From NCBI GenBank assembly GCA_017514905.1, contig JAFWIK010000001.1, forward strand, positions 1,630 to 65,629: DNA of 64,000 nt. The letters are read 5' to 3'. Below, one piece after another: positions 19,221-28,953 of this stretch; position 1 is the stretch's first letter, and every line of letters begins with the position of its first letter. Origin of the DNA: Candidatus Saccharimonadota bacterium. Lineage in GTDB: Bacteria; Patescibacteriota; Saccharimonadia; Saccharimonadales; Saccharimonadaceae. The notes beneath the pieces are model-generated. The model had not been told where the DNA came from, did not search any database, and saw nothing but the letters and a program-made list of their open reading frames with translations. The position numbers and the translations under genes are program-made.

Positions 19221-19845
19221 AAAAGCTCATGAAGAACCGATAGAAGAGGCTCCCGAAGAAGACAATGCACCTGAGCTAGTTCGTCGTCGTGCCAATCGTA
19301 AATCTGCCATGCGTTCCGGTCGCACCATTGGCGAGGCCAGGGAACAACTCGAAACCAGGAACGAACGCAATGCTGCTCGCAAAAAGGACAAAAAGAAAAA
19401 GCATTTCCGCATCGCCTTTACGGTTTTTGGCTTCATTGTGATCGCGGTTTCTATTGCTTGCATTGTCTTCAATCTCATCGAGCATCGTGACGAGATTGGC
19501 CAAAATAACGAGCCGGCCGAAAATCTCACTCCTTCCGTCCAGATCATCGATGAGGATACCGGAGCTAAAATTACCAGTCGCATGAAAACCTACATTGCCC
19601 AGGCCGAAACCGATTTTCGCGCCCTCAGCTACACCCCTATGAAAGTTGTCGTGCCCGCCGGTTCCATTCGCGTCATCCATTTTTACTTAGACGGCTTTAC
19701 CGGCTATATCAAAATGACGATCGACAGAAACGCTGCTGTATCTGTCGAAGACGCTGACCGCCTTATTCGCTATCTGAAAGAACAGGGGACCACCGACTTT
19801 TCTTATCTCGATGTTCGCATCGATGGTAAGGCCTACTGGAAGTAA
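19204..19845 (+). CDS. Degenerate FtsQ/DivIB-like protein
   Basis: Basic N-terminus, one TM helix, C-terminal YLDVR motif; follows murG. Confidence 0.6.
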   Translation: MKKHSKKAHEEPIEEAPEEDNAPELVRRRANRKSAMRSGRTIGEAREQLETRNERNAARKKDKKKKHFRIAFTVFGFIVIAVSIACIVFNLIEHRDEIGQNNEPAENLTPSVQIIDEDTGAKITSRMKTYIAQAETDFRALSYTPMKVVVPAGSIRVIHFYLDGFTGYIKMTIDRNAAVSVEDADRLIRYLKEQGTTDFSYLDVRIDGKAYWK

Positions 19846-20065
19846 GATTCCCAAGTTTAATTCCCATAATACCCTACTTTTGTTCGGTTTTTGTTCTAGT
19901 CATTTTACCGTAAAAAATTACACAGCCACACAAATCAGCCAAAATAACAGGGTAGGGAAGCAAATAGGGAAACAAAATGGGGAAATGTCAAATTTACAAA
20001 TTTGGCCACAAAAACCGCCAAAAATCAAATTTTATAGAGATAGAAGCTACAGATAGGCACCAAAG

Positions 20066-20313
20066 GCTCCAATTAAACCCTAATTTAGAGCCATTTTAGA
20101 GATTTGTTATGTTGTGATTTAAACAAAATTCCAGCGCGAGAGTCGCTCCATCCTGAGCGCTCAGATAAAACAGATGCAGTTGATGTGGGATGTCCTCAAA
20201 TCGACAGACAGAAACCTCTGTAATTAAGTATAAAGCGGCTCTCGCCTGACGAATCTTGTTTAAATCACCAATCAGAACAAGTCCATGGCTCTAAATTAGG
20301 GTTTAGTTGGAGC
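20066..20313. repeat. 248-bp rod-like imperfect palindrome
   Basis: 29-bp arms at 20066-20094 and 20285-20313 (one G-T pair); inner arms GTGATTTAAACAA/TTGTTTAAATCAC and GCGAGAGTCGCT/AGCGGCTCTCGC. Confidence 0.85.
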
Positions 20314-20426
20314 ATAAAACTAACTGTGCTTATGGACAAAACTGTATTTAGATGGCTATTCCCGCCCAGCCAGAATTATTGGGTCTTAAAAGACGATTAC
20401 TTTATCGTCTAAAAAACATAAGCATA

Positions 20427-20454
20427 ATGTCTTAAAAGGTATATTGTGCGACAT
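20427..20454. other. dif-like Xer recombination site (11-6-11)
   Basis: ATGTCTTAAAA-GGTATA-TTGTGCGACAT; arms partly inverted; spacer resembles the canonical TGTATA. Confidence 0.5.
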
Positions 20455-20578
20455 TAAGACTATCGCAAAAAGTCGGTTAATGTTTCAGCTCATATTTACG
20501 GATTTTTGGCCGTGGCTTTTATTTTGTGGATGTTTTTATTTTTTTGTGCCGCGATTTCCTGCTGTTTTCGTATTATTT

Positions 20579-23500
20579 TTACTTATCGTGTTTAATTGCC
20601 AAAAATCCGTCTACGGAGTTATCCTTGGCGGCGTAATTCTCGGTCTTTTTAACAGGGGTAGACAAGGGGAGAGAATTGTGTGACGGGTTAATTGTCACAG
20701 AGGACTTTTCTTGATATTCTACCTCTGGTTTAACAGGGGCAACCTTTGGTGTTGGCATAGTAGGTGAAGCGGTTTTAATGGCTTTTTTAACCTTAGGAAC
20801 AGAAGGAACTACAGGAGTAGAGGGTTTTCTGTCCCTATTAAACCGCTTCTTCTCTTTCCTGTTGGCTGGGATTGTAGGCTTTAAATCAGATTTTTTAAAC
20901 TCAACTTTTCCCTGTTCCATGGCTAATCTAGCTAGATCTTTAAGTCCTGGTCTGGATTTACCTTCAGCTGCATTCGGGCTAAGGCCTGAACGTCTGAGGT
21001 CAACTTGGGGTGATAAGTTCGGTTTTTGTTCGGTACGAACAGTGTTACCGTGCGGGACTTCTATCTTTTCTGACATTATCCCTGGTTTTCTCTCTGATGT
21101 TCCCATTGGTGCCACTTTGAATAGAGTCTTAGCTTTGCGGTTAGAGCCACCAATGATTAAACTTGGCTCCTCTTGGCGACCAGAATCCGCTAACTCTTTT
21201 TTATATTTCTCTGATTGTTCAATCGTCTCTCGTATTTCTGCCTCTACCTCGAGCCGTGGTCGTGCAAAATACTCGCGTGAATGTTCCACGATTGCATCAA
21301 AATTATCCTTCGGCGTATCTGGAATCGAGAGCGTTGTAGCTGAAAAAGCCGGCACTTTTTCACCGTTGATAATCATCGAAATCACAAAATTACGATTATT
21401 GAGTTGTAAAATATCAGACTCTTCAAAAGTTGGCTCAAATTGCTTTACTAGAATCGGCGCATCATCGGCTGACACCCGGAAAGAAATGGTCGTACCGACG
21501 TTGCCAAATACTGCATCGCGTACCTGATCAGTCATTTGTGCCACGTATTGGTTTGCCACAGTGAGGTTGAGACCGTATTTACGCGCCTCAGAGAGAATTA
21601 CGGCAAACGATTCGGTAGCAAAGTTCTGAAACTCATCTACATAGAGATAAAACGGCCTTCGATCCTCAATCCGTTCAATATCGGAACGCGACATCGCTGC
21701 AAGCTGCACCTTCGTCACTAAGAATGAGCCCAGAATTGCAGCATTATCTTCGCCGATCAGACCCTTGGATAGATTAACTACCAGGATTTTACCCTCGTCC
21801 ATGATTCTACGAATATCAAACGACGATTTGGGCTGTCCCACAATATTACGAATAATCGGATTAGCCGTAAACGCTCCGACCTTGTTTAAGACTGGCGCAA
21901 TCGATTCGTTAATCTGTTTTTCGTTCCACTGGCCAAATTCATGCTTCCAGAATTGCAGTACCGTCACATCTTTACAATAATCTAGGGTCTCCTTACGGAA
22001 GTCTTTATCAGTCAAAAGTCTAGAGATATCGAGCAATGTCGTCTCTGGTCGATCGAGTAATGCTAGAAGCGTATAGCGGAGAATATGCTCGAGCCTTGGT
22101 CCCCAAGAATCGCCAAACATCCGCTTCAAAACCCCAATTACTTCCGAGCAAATATTCGGCTTGCGTGCAGGATCAGTAACCTCTAACGGATTGAAAGCAA
22201 CAGGGAAGGCAGTATCGGCTGGGTTAAAATAAACTACGTCCTTCACACGCGATTCCGGAATGAATTTCAGATTGTCAATCGCAAAATCCCCGTGCGGATC
22301 AATAATGCAATATCCCTGGTTATAAAAAACGTCAGAGAGCGCTAGGAGCTCGAGCATGCCGCTCTTCCCTGCTCCTGTTTGGCCGATAATATACATGTGC
22401 CTTGAGCGATCACGCCGGAGCAGTCCAAACTGGTGATTGATTCCCCGAAAATTTGTCAACCCAAAAGCCGAAATATTCTCGTCTACCGCCGTTTCTCCAG
22501 TCAGCACTGGTAGTCCAGCTGGTGGCTCTGCAGTCTTAGAGGTAGCCCAGACGATATTAGGAGTCTCCACAGAGGTATGCGGCAAGTGATAAACCGAAGC
22601 GAGCTCCGAAATATTCAAAATAAACCCATGATCAGAGAATTGTCTTACTTTATAAGCGTCTAGATCTTCTTTATTAAAGCTCGATCCAATTTGCCTGAAA
22701 CCATTTAAATTAGTTGAATTATATTGTTTAAAGGTTCCTACGAGCGCCTGCATATTTAGCCTTGCATCCGTTTCGTTTTGCCCAAGGTATGCCAGACGAA
22801 TCTTGACCTCATAGCCAAGTTTGGTGGCCTTTTCTTCAGCTTTTTCAATTCTCGTCTTGTCCCGTTCCGAGAGCTCTACTGTAGTTTCCGAAGTAGTACC
22901 TCCAGCTGGTGGCCTAAATAATGCCGCCACTGCCTCTACGAGCCAGGTCCAATCGATACCACTGCCTTTTAGAATTGAGCTCTTCCCGCTTTTGACCTTA
23001 GAAATCCATTTATCTGTCGAATTTTTATGCCAATCATCTGGAATCGGCCGGGCCAAGATTTGGATCCAAAGCTCCTCGGACTTTTCTGAACTGAGTTTAG
23101 CTAGAGTTCCCGTAATACCGGCTAGAGGATCTACTTCAAAAGTATCAAATGTCTTAATCGGTAAGGCTTCATCCTCAGTTAATCCTAGTTCTGCCGACAT
23201 ACAAATCGGATAGTTTTTGCGTGAGTCGACGTAATCCTCGTTCATCTTATAAATCTGTACTGTCGGGTATTGTGAATAAATCTGACCTTCCACGAAGCTT
23301 TGTAATACCTTTGGCACCCACACGTAAAATCGGATTTGCCCGCCCGTTGACACGATTTCGAAAGACAAATGCTCTTGCACTCCGCCAGAGTTTTTGAGTT
23401 CCTGTTTGTCACGCAAAATTCCGTGTAGAGAAGCGAACAGTTGTTCCGCTGCCAGCTCTTTTTTGTCGTTGGTACGCGGGATTTCTAGCATCAAAAGCAC

Positions 23501-23626
23501 CGAATCAACGTTTAATACCTTGATTCGGTTGAGTTTTTTATAATTTCGATATGTCAAAAATGCCAGTACACTCACTACCGGTATCCAAAAGATTGGCATC
23601 AGAATAAAATGTATAACCGCGTCCAT
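20579..23626 (-). CDS. T4SS coupling-protein-like ATPase (VirD4/TrwB/HerA family) with N-terminal TM and low-complexity tail
   Basis: GQTGAGKS Walker A, IDPHGD, YVDEFQNF Walker B, SEARKYG and ANQY motifs. Confidence 0.88.
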   Translation of the reverse strand: MDAVIHFILMPIFWIPVVSVLAFLTYRNYKKLNRIKVLNVDSVLLMLEIPRTNDKKELAAEQLFASLHGILRDKQELKNSGGVQEHLSFEIVSTGGQIRFYVWVPKVLQSFVEGQIYSQYPTVQIYKMNEDYVDSRKNYPICMSAELGLTEDEALPIKTFDTFEVDPLAGITGTLAKLSSEKSEELWIQILARPIPDDWHKNSTDKWISKVKSGKSSILKGSGIDWTWLVEAVAALFRPPAGGTTSETTVELSERDKTRIEKAEEKATKLGYEVKIRLAYLGQNETDARLNMQALVGTFKQYNSTNLNGFRQIGSSFNKEDLDAYKVRQFSDHGFILNISELASVYHLPHTSVETPNIVWATSKTAEPPAGLPVLTGETAVDENISAFGLTNFRGINHQFGLLRRDRSRHMYIIGQTGAGKSGMLELLALSDVFYNQGYCIIDPHGDFAIDNLKFIPESRVKDVVYFNPADTAFPVAFNPLEVTDPARKPNICSEVIGVLKRMFGDSWGPRLEHILRYTLLALLDRPETTLLDISRLLTDKDFRKETLDYCKDVTVLQFWKHEFGQWNEKQINESIAPVLNKVGAFTANPIIRNIVGQPKSSFDIRRIMDEGKILVVNLSKGLIGEDNAAILGSFLVTKVQLAAMSRSDIERIEDRRPFYLYVDEFQNFATESFAVILSEARKYGLNLTVANQYVAQMTDQVRDAVFGNVGTTISFRVSADDAPILVKQFEPTFEESDILQLNNRNFVISMIINGEKVPAFSATTLSIPDTPKDNFDAIVEHSREYFARPRLEVEAEIRETIEQSEKYKKELADSGRQEEPSLIIGGSNRKAKTLFKVAPMGTSERKPGIMSEKIEVPHGNTVRTEQKPNLSPQVDLRRSGLSPNAAEGKSRPGLKDLARLAMEQGKVEFKKSDLKPTIPANRKEKKRFNRDRKPSTPVVPSVPKVKKAIKTASPTMPTPKVAPVKPEVEYQEKSSVTINPSHNSLPLSTPVKKTENYAAKDNSVDGFLAIKHDK

Positions 23627-23645
23627 ATTTATATTCTACCATACT

Positions 23646-24674
23646 TTATGCTAATGTATATAAATTCTTATCGACTTTTTTAAACAGTTTTTTGTTCTGC
23701 AAATTGAGTAGAATCGTAGTTTCTTTGACTTTGCGCGCCCGTAGAACCTGCTTCACGATTTCCTCTCTAGAGAGAGGCTCGTCGCTGTTTTTCAGAATTT
23801 GCACGATAATGTCCGAGATAGTTCCCTTTTTATAACCCCAATTTGAAAGAGCATAAATTCCCCGACCGATTAGCACAAAACGAGCATCTTTGATCAGCTC
23901 GTTGTGAATAGCCTGTACAGTTACATTTTTACGCTTAAAATCGGAAGCCTCAATTTCTTTTGCAATTTCTGAAAAGTGCATTGGTTGCTTCTTAGCTTCT
24001 AGAATTACAAAAATCTTATCCCGAATATTTTTGGGATTTACAGCTGGCCATTTAGTAAGTCCCCACAATCCATTTAAGGTAGCTAGCAGCTTTGAAATTG
24101 ACGCCACGGCTTTTATATGGTCAGGATGCTCATAATTTAACTTATTGTCAAGTTCATCTAAAGTCATCGGCTTTTTGTTGGCTTTGATAATCTGAACAAT
24201 TTCATCCACTCGCTCTTTGATTACCCGACTATTCCCGTACTCAGCGATTCCGACTGCGGCATTATATTTATCGTTTTCTTCTACTACGGTCAAACCTTTA
24301 GAAAACGTCGCGATAAAATAGATACCAGTTCGCTCCGAGGCGGTAGTTTTACGACCATAAACTTTATCAGCAAGATCAGACAATTTAGCAACTCTTCCCA
24401 TTTCGGTCAAATTCCGGATCAGTAGCTTTTCGGCGGGAGCTAATTCGGGGATCTGATTATCTTCTGCGGAAATTTGGAGATGAATCAGAATGGCCTTTTC
24501 AAGCTGTCTTACGCGTTCCCTTGTGATAGATAGCATTTCACCAATTTGTTCGAGTGTTTCTTTTGTACCGTTCAAACCAAATCGACGTGTAACAATCTCT
24601 TTTTCGCGGTCTTGCTCAATGATATTCAAGCTGCCGGAGATTGCATTTTTGAGGATTTCCGCATTTTGATCCAT
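23646..24674 (-). CDS. Sigma-70 region 4-like HTH fused to winged HTH domains (CPR-type)
   Basis: RRFGL..TLEQIG..LSITRERVRQLE, PMHFSEIA and HNELIKDARFVLIGRGIYAL; TTGACA-17-TATTAT promoter upstream. Confidence 0.85.
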   Translation of the reverse strand: MDQNAEILKNAISGSLNIIEQDREKEIVTRRFGLNGTKETLEQIGEMLSITRERVRQLEKAILIHLQISAEDNQIPELAPAEKLLIRNLTEMGRVAKLSDLADKVYGRKTTASERTGIYFIATFSKGLTVVEENDKYNAAVGIAEYGNSRVIKERVDEIVQIIKANKKPMTLDELDNKLNYEHPDHIKAVASISKLLATLNGLWGLTKWPAVNPKNIRDKIFVILEAKKQPMHFSEIAKEIEASDFKRKNVTVQAIHNELIKDARFVLIGRGIYALSNWGYKKGTISDIIVQILKNSDEPLSREEIVKQVLRARKVKETTILLNLQNKKLFKKVDKNLYTLA

Positions 24675-24948
24675 TAATTCTTTCCTTGCCCCGCCCCAGT
24701 TAATGTTGCTAATTTGTACTATAATATCATAAGTTTGTATAAATGTCAACTATGAAATTATCTATTTTCTAAATATATTGTAACACACTTTTTACAAAAA
24801 ATGAAAAAAGTTTTAAAAACATAAGCTTATCTAAAAAAACATCCATTTCAGGAGCGTCATAATGTGACAGATTAAAACTTATATCCCCCTAGCGACAAAA
24901 CTTTTAGATCTTGTCTTAATGTCTTCCGATTGGGATGGGATGTCTAGA

Positions 24949-27354
24949 TTATTTTTTAGGAGCCTTAGATTTAGTTTTTTTGCTCGTAGTTTTTTTACTC
25001 GTAGTCTTTTTACGCCCGCCTCTGGTTCCACGCCGGGTAGTCCTAGGCTTATTTTCGAGCATTTCTCGCGCTTCTTTCTCGGTGATTTTATGTGGATTCA
25101 TATCCTTTGGAATCTTGGCATTGTTGCGCCGCCCAGGACCTTTCACATACGGTCCATAAGCGCCATTAATAATCAGTACGTCGCCCCAATCAGCAATAAT
25201 CGAATCGACTTTAGCTTGGTATAGAGGTAGAGCTTCCTCTAGGCTTACGGTGTAAGGATCCAAATCTTTCATCGGGATATTGTACTTTCCTCCCTTTAAG
25301 TATGGTCCAAACGGTCCATTAGCGGCGACTAACTCAGCACCATCAGGCGCTTTACCGAGTTTACGTGGCAAAGCCGGTAAAGCTAGCTGCTTCAAAGCTT
25401 GTTCTAAAGTGACAGTCTTTACAGACTTACGCTTCGGTAGGGGTGCAAACTGTGGCTTTTCACCTGAATCTTTCTCATTATCGCCCATCTGGATAAAACC
25501 ACCAGTCTTCCCTACTTTGGCATAAATTGGTTTGCCAGTCTCTGGATGATGGCCTAGTAGTCTCGCATTATTATAGCGCTCTACCCCGTTAGCAATCAGT
25601 ATCGTATCTTTAAACGGCCCGTAAAAATCTCGGAGCATTTTTACACGCTCTAGTTTTGCATCAGCAATTAAATCCAAATCTTTCTCGATATTGGCAGTAA
25701 ATTTGTAGTCTACGATATTTTTGAAATTATCCGTCAAAAACCCTGAGACCAATTCTCCAATTGGCGTAGGAACAAGCTTACCTTTATTGGCACCAAATTT
25801 CTCTTTCACGACGTTTCTTTCGACGGATCCTGTCGCTGTAGCCTTCCCTACCGTGTTTGTCTTGCGGTTGTGTGCGCTAAGGCCCCCCGCAGCTTCATCA
25901 TTTTTCGGCGCAACCCTTAGTTCAACAATTTCACGTTCTGTGCCCTCGCTTTCGCCTTTTTCGACGTATCCACGCGCTTGAATAGCTGACATGATTGTAG
26001 CGTAAGTTGATGGCCGTCCGATACCTAATTCTTCCAGTTTTTTCACTAGCGAGCCTTCGGTATATCTAGCCGGTGGTTTGCCAAAAGTCTGTCGCGCAAC
26101 TAGTTCCAAACAGTTTACTTTGTCGTTCTTTTTTAACTTCGGTAGTTCAAGATCCTTTGACTTGCCATAAACCTTCAAAAATCCGTCAAAAACTACTACC
26201 TCACCCTTGGCCACAAAAGTTCCATCAGAGGTAGATTCTACTGGATTTATCTTTATAGTAGTTTTCGAAACTTTGGCATTCGCCATCTGAGTCGCTAGCG
26301 TTCGTGACCAAATCAATTGATAAAGTCGTTTTTCATAATCATTCTTTCCTGCTGTAGTCCGATTGATGTCGGTTGGGCGAATCGCCTCGTGTGCTTCCTG
26401 CGCCGAGGCATCCTTAGTTTTGAAATGCCGTACTTTTAGATATTTTTTACCAAAAGCCTTCTCGATATAGGACGCCATCGCCGCTAAAGCCTGCGAAGAT
26501 AAATTCAGCGAATCTGTACGATGATAAGTAATCAGGCCAGCCTGGTATAGTCCCTGCGCCGCCGTCATGGTAGTGCGAGACGAAAATCCCAGCTTTGCAT
26601 TTGCTTCAATTTGGAGCGCCGCCGTAGTAAAAGGCACGGGATTAGCTTTTGATCCCTCTGTTTCATCTATATCTGAGATTTTAAAATCTTTCGTCGATAA
26701 ATCTCCGATCAGTTTTTTAGCTTCAGCTTCATTTTCAGGATCTTTACCATCATAATTTGCGACAAACTCCTGTCCATTCTGAAATTGCCCCGTAATCTTA
26801 AAACTGCATTTTGATTCGTATTTTTCGATTTCCTTTTCGCGCTCTACTACTAGTCTCAGTGCCGGACTCTGTACCCGTCCCGCCGAAATCGCCCCTGGCA
26901 CTTTGCGTCTCACCATATCAGACAAATCAAATCCTACCAGCATGTCTAGGGTTTGCCGCGCTTGTTGCGATGAAACCATATCCATATCTACTGTGCGAGG
27001 GTTTTTAATGGCTTCTTCGAGTGCCGGCTTCGTGATTTCATGAAAAGTAATGCGAGCGGTATTTTTAGGTAAATTCAAAACTTCACATAAATGCCACGAA
27101 ATCGACTCTCCCTCGCGGTCTTCATCGGTTGCGAGCCAGATTTTGTCTGCCGCCCTAACTGCCTTTTTGAGCTCAGAAATTACGTTTTTATGCTCTGGAT
27201 CAATCTCGTATGTTACATCAAAAGTGTCTTTATCTACCTTGGTATCTTTTCTGACATGTCCAACTGAAGCCAGGACCTTAAAATCCGAGCCGAGATATTT
27301 TTCAATCGTGTGCGCCTTAGCTGGGCTCTCTACTATCACCAAATTTTTTGCCAT
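24949..27354 (-). CDS. topA: DNA topoisomerase I (no Zn ribbons; GPFGPY C-terminal repeats; Lys-rich tail)
   Basis: VIVESPAKA, ATDEDREGE, SAGRVQS, ITYHRTDS and AHEAIRP motifs. Confidence 0.97.
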   Translation of the reverse strand: MAKNLVIVESPAKAHTIEKYLGSDFKVLASVGHVRKDTKVDKDTFDVTYEIDPEHKNVISELKKAVRAADKIWLATDEDREGESISWHLCEVLNLPKNTARITFHEITKPALEEAIKNPRTVDMDMVSSQQARQTLDMLVGFDLSDMVRRKVPGAISAGRVQSPALRLVVEREKEIEKYESKCSFKITGQFQNGQEFVANYDGKDPENEAEAKKLIGDLSTKDFKISDIDETEGSKANPVPFTTAALQIEANAKLGFSSRTTMTAAQGLYQAGLITYHRTDSLNLSSQALAAMASYIEKAFGKKYLKVRHFKTKDASAQEAHEAIRPTDINRTTAGKNDYEKRLYQLIWSRTLATQMANAKVSKTTIKINPVESTSDGTFVAKGEVVVFDGFLKVYGKSKDLELPKLKKNDKVNCLELVARQTFGKPPARYTEGSLVKKLEELGIGRPSTYATIMSAIQARGYVEKGESEGTEREIVELRVAPKNDEAAGGLSAHNRKTNTVGKATATGSVERNVVKEKFGANKGKLVPTPIGELVSGFLTDNFKNIVDYKFTANIEKDLDLIADAKLERVKMLRDFYGPFKDTILIANGVERYNNARLLGHHPETGKPIYAKVGKTGGFIQMGDNEKDSGEKPQFAPLPKRKSVKTVTLEQALKQLALPALPRKLGKAPDGAELVAANGPFGPYLKGGKYNIPMKDLDPYTVSLEEALPLYQAKVDSIIADWGDVLIINGAYGPYVKGPGRRNNAKIPKDMNPHKITEKEAREMLENKPRTTRRGTRGGRKKTTSKKTTSKKTKSKAPKK

Positions 27355-27429
27355 ATATATTATCATAACATACCGTGCAAGCATAACCAAAAACTTGACA
27401 AAAATACTAAATTTTGATATAATAGTAGA

Positions 27430-27545
27430 AAGGACAAGGGGGAATGGATGGGATGTCCAGAGATATAATTAGAAAAAGTGCACGAAAATCGTGCTGTACT
27501 TTAAGCCATTTCCTTTCAAAAACCCCGGTATTTGGCCGGGGTTTT
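27430..27545 (+). ncRNA. Candidate small RNA divergent from topA
   Basis: Perfect TTGACA-17-TATAAT (27395-27423); 5'/3' arms GGAATGG/CCATTTC; terminator at 27519-27545; no long ORF inside. Confidence 0.5.
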
Positions 27546-27594
27546 CCCTTTCTAATAATTCCAGATAAGCCGCACCCCCACTTAAATAACTTTA

Positions 27595-28869
27595 TTAGTT
27601 AGAGCTATTTTCAAAAGTTTGACGGAATTCTTCTATGATGGGTATCTGGTTAATGTAATCGTCCATTGCGACGTATTCGCCCGTTTCACCCTTGATGTCT
27701 CTTCCATTCCCATAACCACAGGCTTGAGATCTATACTCATAAAGCGGGACAGACAAAGACCCTGGTATAACGTACTCAGACCTCAGACCAAGAGAATTTA
27801 TTTTAGAATCCTGGCATTCCACTGCAGCCACCCAGGTTCTATCATCCTGAGTTTGTGACAAGAGATATTGCAGCCTCTCATCATTCGATTCAAAGCAATG
27901 GTTTGTAATTCTCTCTCCAATTATAGCGCTTTCCTTTTGCCAAGAGTTTACCTCGTGACTATAATTAGGCGCCAGTGCATCATTTTTAATCCTACAGTTC
28001 TCTGGCGAAACTAAGTTGCCGTATCCGCCATCGGTCAGGTTTTCCCGCCAAAATAGCATTTCACTGAGGTCTTCATTAAAATCCAAACGTCTCGCTAATT
28101 CTAACGGAATTTGTTTTTTAGCCTTTACTGCTGCCTCCTCACTGTCTTTTCCAGATTGCTCATCGTTTGACTGCTCATACAGCTGATCAAGGACTTTTTG
28201 AACCTCAAAAGGAGCATTCATGGCGTCTTCCCAAGGACCTTTGTCGATCCAATAGCCACCCCACATATTTCTAGATATCCTCGGGCAAAACCGCCACAAA
28301 CCAGCACTATTACTAGCATAATAAAGGCGTGCCCTCAAAGTGTCATTCTCTCCATCTTTCACATAATTCACTATAAAAGGACGTTCAAACTGCTCAGAAA
28401 AATCTGAAAAATACATCTTAGAGCCATCTTTCAGTTCAGCAGAATACTTTGGTGCTGCCCATTTTTCAACATATTCCTTATCGTCTTCATCTTTAAAGAC
28501 AGTCCGGTTAATAATCGCCACTGCATCTTCCTCAGATAACTTTTCATAACTTGGTTTCGGAGTCGTTTCAATTGGCGGCAATTCGTCTTTTCCAGCAATT
28601 TTCTCATCCATGCTGCTAGCCCATTCTTTTTCAGCATCTTGATCAATTTGGGGCTCTGGTTCCGCTTTGCGATCATGGCCCAGAAGTTGTTCCACCATCA
28701 TATTAACGGCCTCTTTTTCGCTTATACGACCGTCTTTTGCAGCCTCAATCACCTGATTAGAATAAAAATCAAAGTCCTGCTCTTTTTCTAGAACATCTCC
28801 TCCTTGTCCATCAAAAAACGCGGCGCCTGGTGTTTTTGGTTCAGCAGTGGTTCTAAGTTTTTCGCTCAT
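27595..28869 (-). CDS. Hypothetical acidic protein
   Basis: Long ORF; SD AAGGAG before MSEKL; no family recognised. Confidence 0.8.
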   Translation of the reverse strand: MSEKLRTTAEPKTPGAAFFDGQGGDVLEKEQDFDFYSNQVIEAAKDGRISEKEAVNMMVEQLLGHDRKAEPEPQIDQDAEKEWASSMDEKIAGKDELPPIETTPKPSYEKLSEEDAVAIINRTVFKDEDDKEYVEKWAAPKYSAELKDGSKMYFSDFSEQFERPFIVNYVKDGENDTLRARLYYASNSAGLWRFCPRISRNMWGGYWIDKGPWEDAMNAPFEVQKVLDQLYEQSNDEQSGKDSEEAAVKAKKQIPLELARRLDFNEDLSEMLFWRENLTDGGYGNLVSPENCRIKNDALAPNYSHEVNSWQKESAIIGERITNHCFESNDERLQYLLSQTQDDRTWVAAVECQDSKINSLGLRSEYVIPGSLSVPLYEYRSQACGYGNGRDIKGETGEYVAMDDYINQIPIIEEFRQTFENSSN

Positions 28870-28953
28870 TTTTCTCCTTATGGTTTTATTATAGCACGAA
28901 AAATCAATAATATTTAGTTGACAAGTAGCCATAAGTAAAATACACTTAGAATA

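Noticed and set aside
20579-23626. Conjugative element or ICE suggested by the coupling-protein-like ATPase
   Set aside because: No relaxase, VirB genes, integrase or att pair nearby; flanked by housekeeping-type genes.
27565-27580. ATAAGCCGCACC resembling the reverse complement of an RNase P RNA 3' end
   Set aside because: No matching GAGGAAAGTCC region or room for the RNA; the adjacent sequence is a long CDS.
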